NCBI RefSeq assembly: GCF_004010195.1
Contig: NC_057750.1
Location: 13,585,473 to 13,649,472, forward strand
DNA from: Chiloscyllium plagiosum
Taxonomy: Eukaryota
Length of the DNA stretch: 64,000 bases
Reading direction: 5' to 3'
Part shown: piece after piece, positions 62,920-64,000 of the stretch
Position numbering within the stretch: position 1 is the first letter of the stretch
Layout: every line of letters starts with the position of its first letter
Position numbers and translations under genes: made by a program
Notes under the pieces: model-generated
Told to the model about the DNA's origin: nothing
Databases searched by the model: none
What the model saw: the letters and a program-made list of their open reading frames with translations, nothing else

Positions 62920-63794
62920 ATGCCCCTATCTGCATTGGTGGGACTGAGGTGGAGCTGCTCAAGAGCATCAAGTTCCTGGGAGTGTTGATCACTAACAATC
63001 TGTCCTGGCCTACCTACACTACTGTCAAGAAAGCACAACAATGCCTCTACTTTCTCAGGAGGCTAAGGAAATTCAGTATGTCCGTAAGGACTCTTACCAA
63101 CTTTTATAGATGCACCACAGAAAGCATCCTATCCATATACATCACGGTTTGGTGCGGCAACTGCTCTGCCCAGGACCGTACGAAACTACAGAGAGCTGTG
63201 AGCCCAGCCCAGTCCATCACACAAACCAGCCTCCCACCCACCGACTCCATCTACACTTCCCACTGCCTCAGGAAGGCAGCCAACATCATCAAAGACCCCT
63301 CCCACCCCGGTTAGACTCTCTTCCACCCTCTTCCATCAGGCAGGAGATACAAGAGGTTAAACACACGTACCAACAGATTCAAGAACAGCTTCTTCCCCGC
63401 TGTTATCATACTGCTGAACGGACTGCTTTAATGTACAGAGAGGTAAAAACAATGACTGCAGATGCTGAAAACCAGATTCTGGATCAGTGGTGCTGGAAGA
63501 GCACAGCAATTCAGGCAGCATCCGAGGACAGGCAAAATCGACGTTTCGGGCAAAAGCCCTTCATCAGGAAGCTTTTGCCCGAAATGTCGATTTTGCCTGT
63601 CCTCGGATGCTGCCTGAATTGCTGTGCTTTAATGTATATGTTGATCTCTCTCTCTGCACTTCCTCTGTGGGAGTAACACTGTGTGCACTGCTACATATAC
63701 ACTATGTATGGTACAATCTGCCGGTCTAGCACGCAAAGCAACACTTTTGTCTGTATCTCAGCACACGTGACAGCAATAAATCAAATCAAATCAA
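62920..63794 (+). mobile_element. Rex1/Babar-type LINE 3' fragment
   Basis: KFLGVLITNNLSW...KKAQQCLYFLRRLRKF...FYRCTTESIL...DPSHPG; ends aataaa(tcaaa)n. Confidence 0.8.
63436..63624. mobile_element. Family A palindromic insertion in a Rex1/Babar 3' UTR
   Basis: Inverted arms; TSD tgctttaatgta (63424-63435 / 63625-63636). Confidence 0.75.
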
Positions 63795-64000
63795 TGTAGC
63801 AGCTAATGGAATTCAATTCACAAAGGGAGTGATGATGACAGCTATTGTCAAGTTGCCAGTCAAACCCCTATCTGATTCACTAATGCTGTTCAGGGAAGGA
63901 AATGCTGGCCTATGGGTGGCACGGTGGCTCAGTGGCTAGTACTGCTGTCTCACAACACCAGGGTCCCAAGTTCGATTCTTGCCTTGGGTGACTGTCTGTG

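Noticed and set aside
56000..64000. Start of a neighbouring head-to-head gene such as RYR1, the human neighbour as recalled
   Set aside because: No RYR-like exon was recognised in this interval.

Overview
Eukaryotic, repeat-dense vertebrate DNA. The repeat complement (HE1/V-SINE-like and Deu-type SINEs, CR1 LINEs, Penelope-derived elements) points to a shark or other elasmobranch. One protein-coding gene is supported: a minus-strand RasGRP-family Ras GEF, most like RASGRP4. Nine phase-consistent internal exons (33442 down to 9; REM and CDC25 domains) were assembled by hand, and the gene runs off the left edge. There is a candidate first exon and promoter near 55.5-56 kb, and one intron is a minor-spliceosome AT-AC (U12) intron. 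Most interesting signals: (1) an intronic inverted duplication whose perfectly conserved 78-bp part covers exactly a candidate in-frame 39-nt cassette exon and its acceptor, suggesting an RNA-structure splicing switch; (2) many Penelope-derived short elements carrying minimal hammerhead-ribozyme cores with covarying stems, often inserted as near-perfect palindromes with target-site duplications (TSDs), two of them at the same site. Nearly all ORFs in the supplied track are repeat, microsatellite or gap artefacts. Exon numbers follow human RASGRP4 as I recall it. Family names and homologies are recognised from memory, not from searches. Transposon boundaries are approximate unless a TSD is given.
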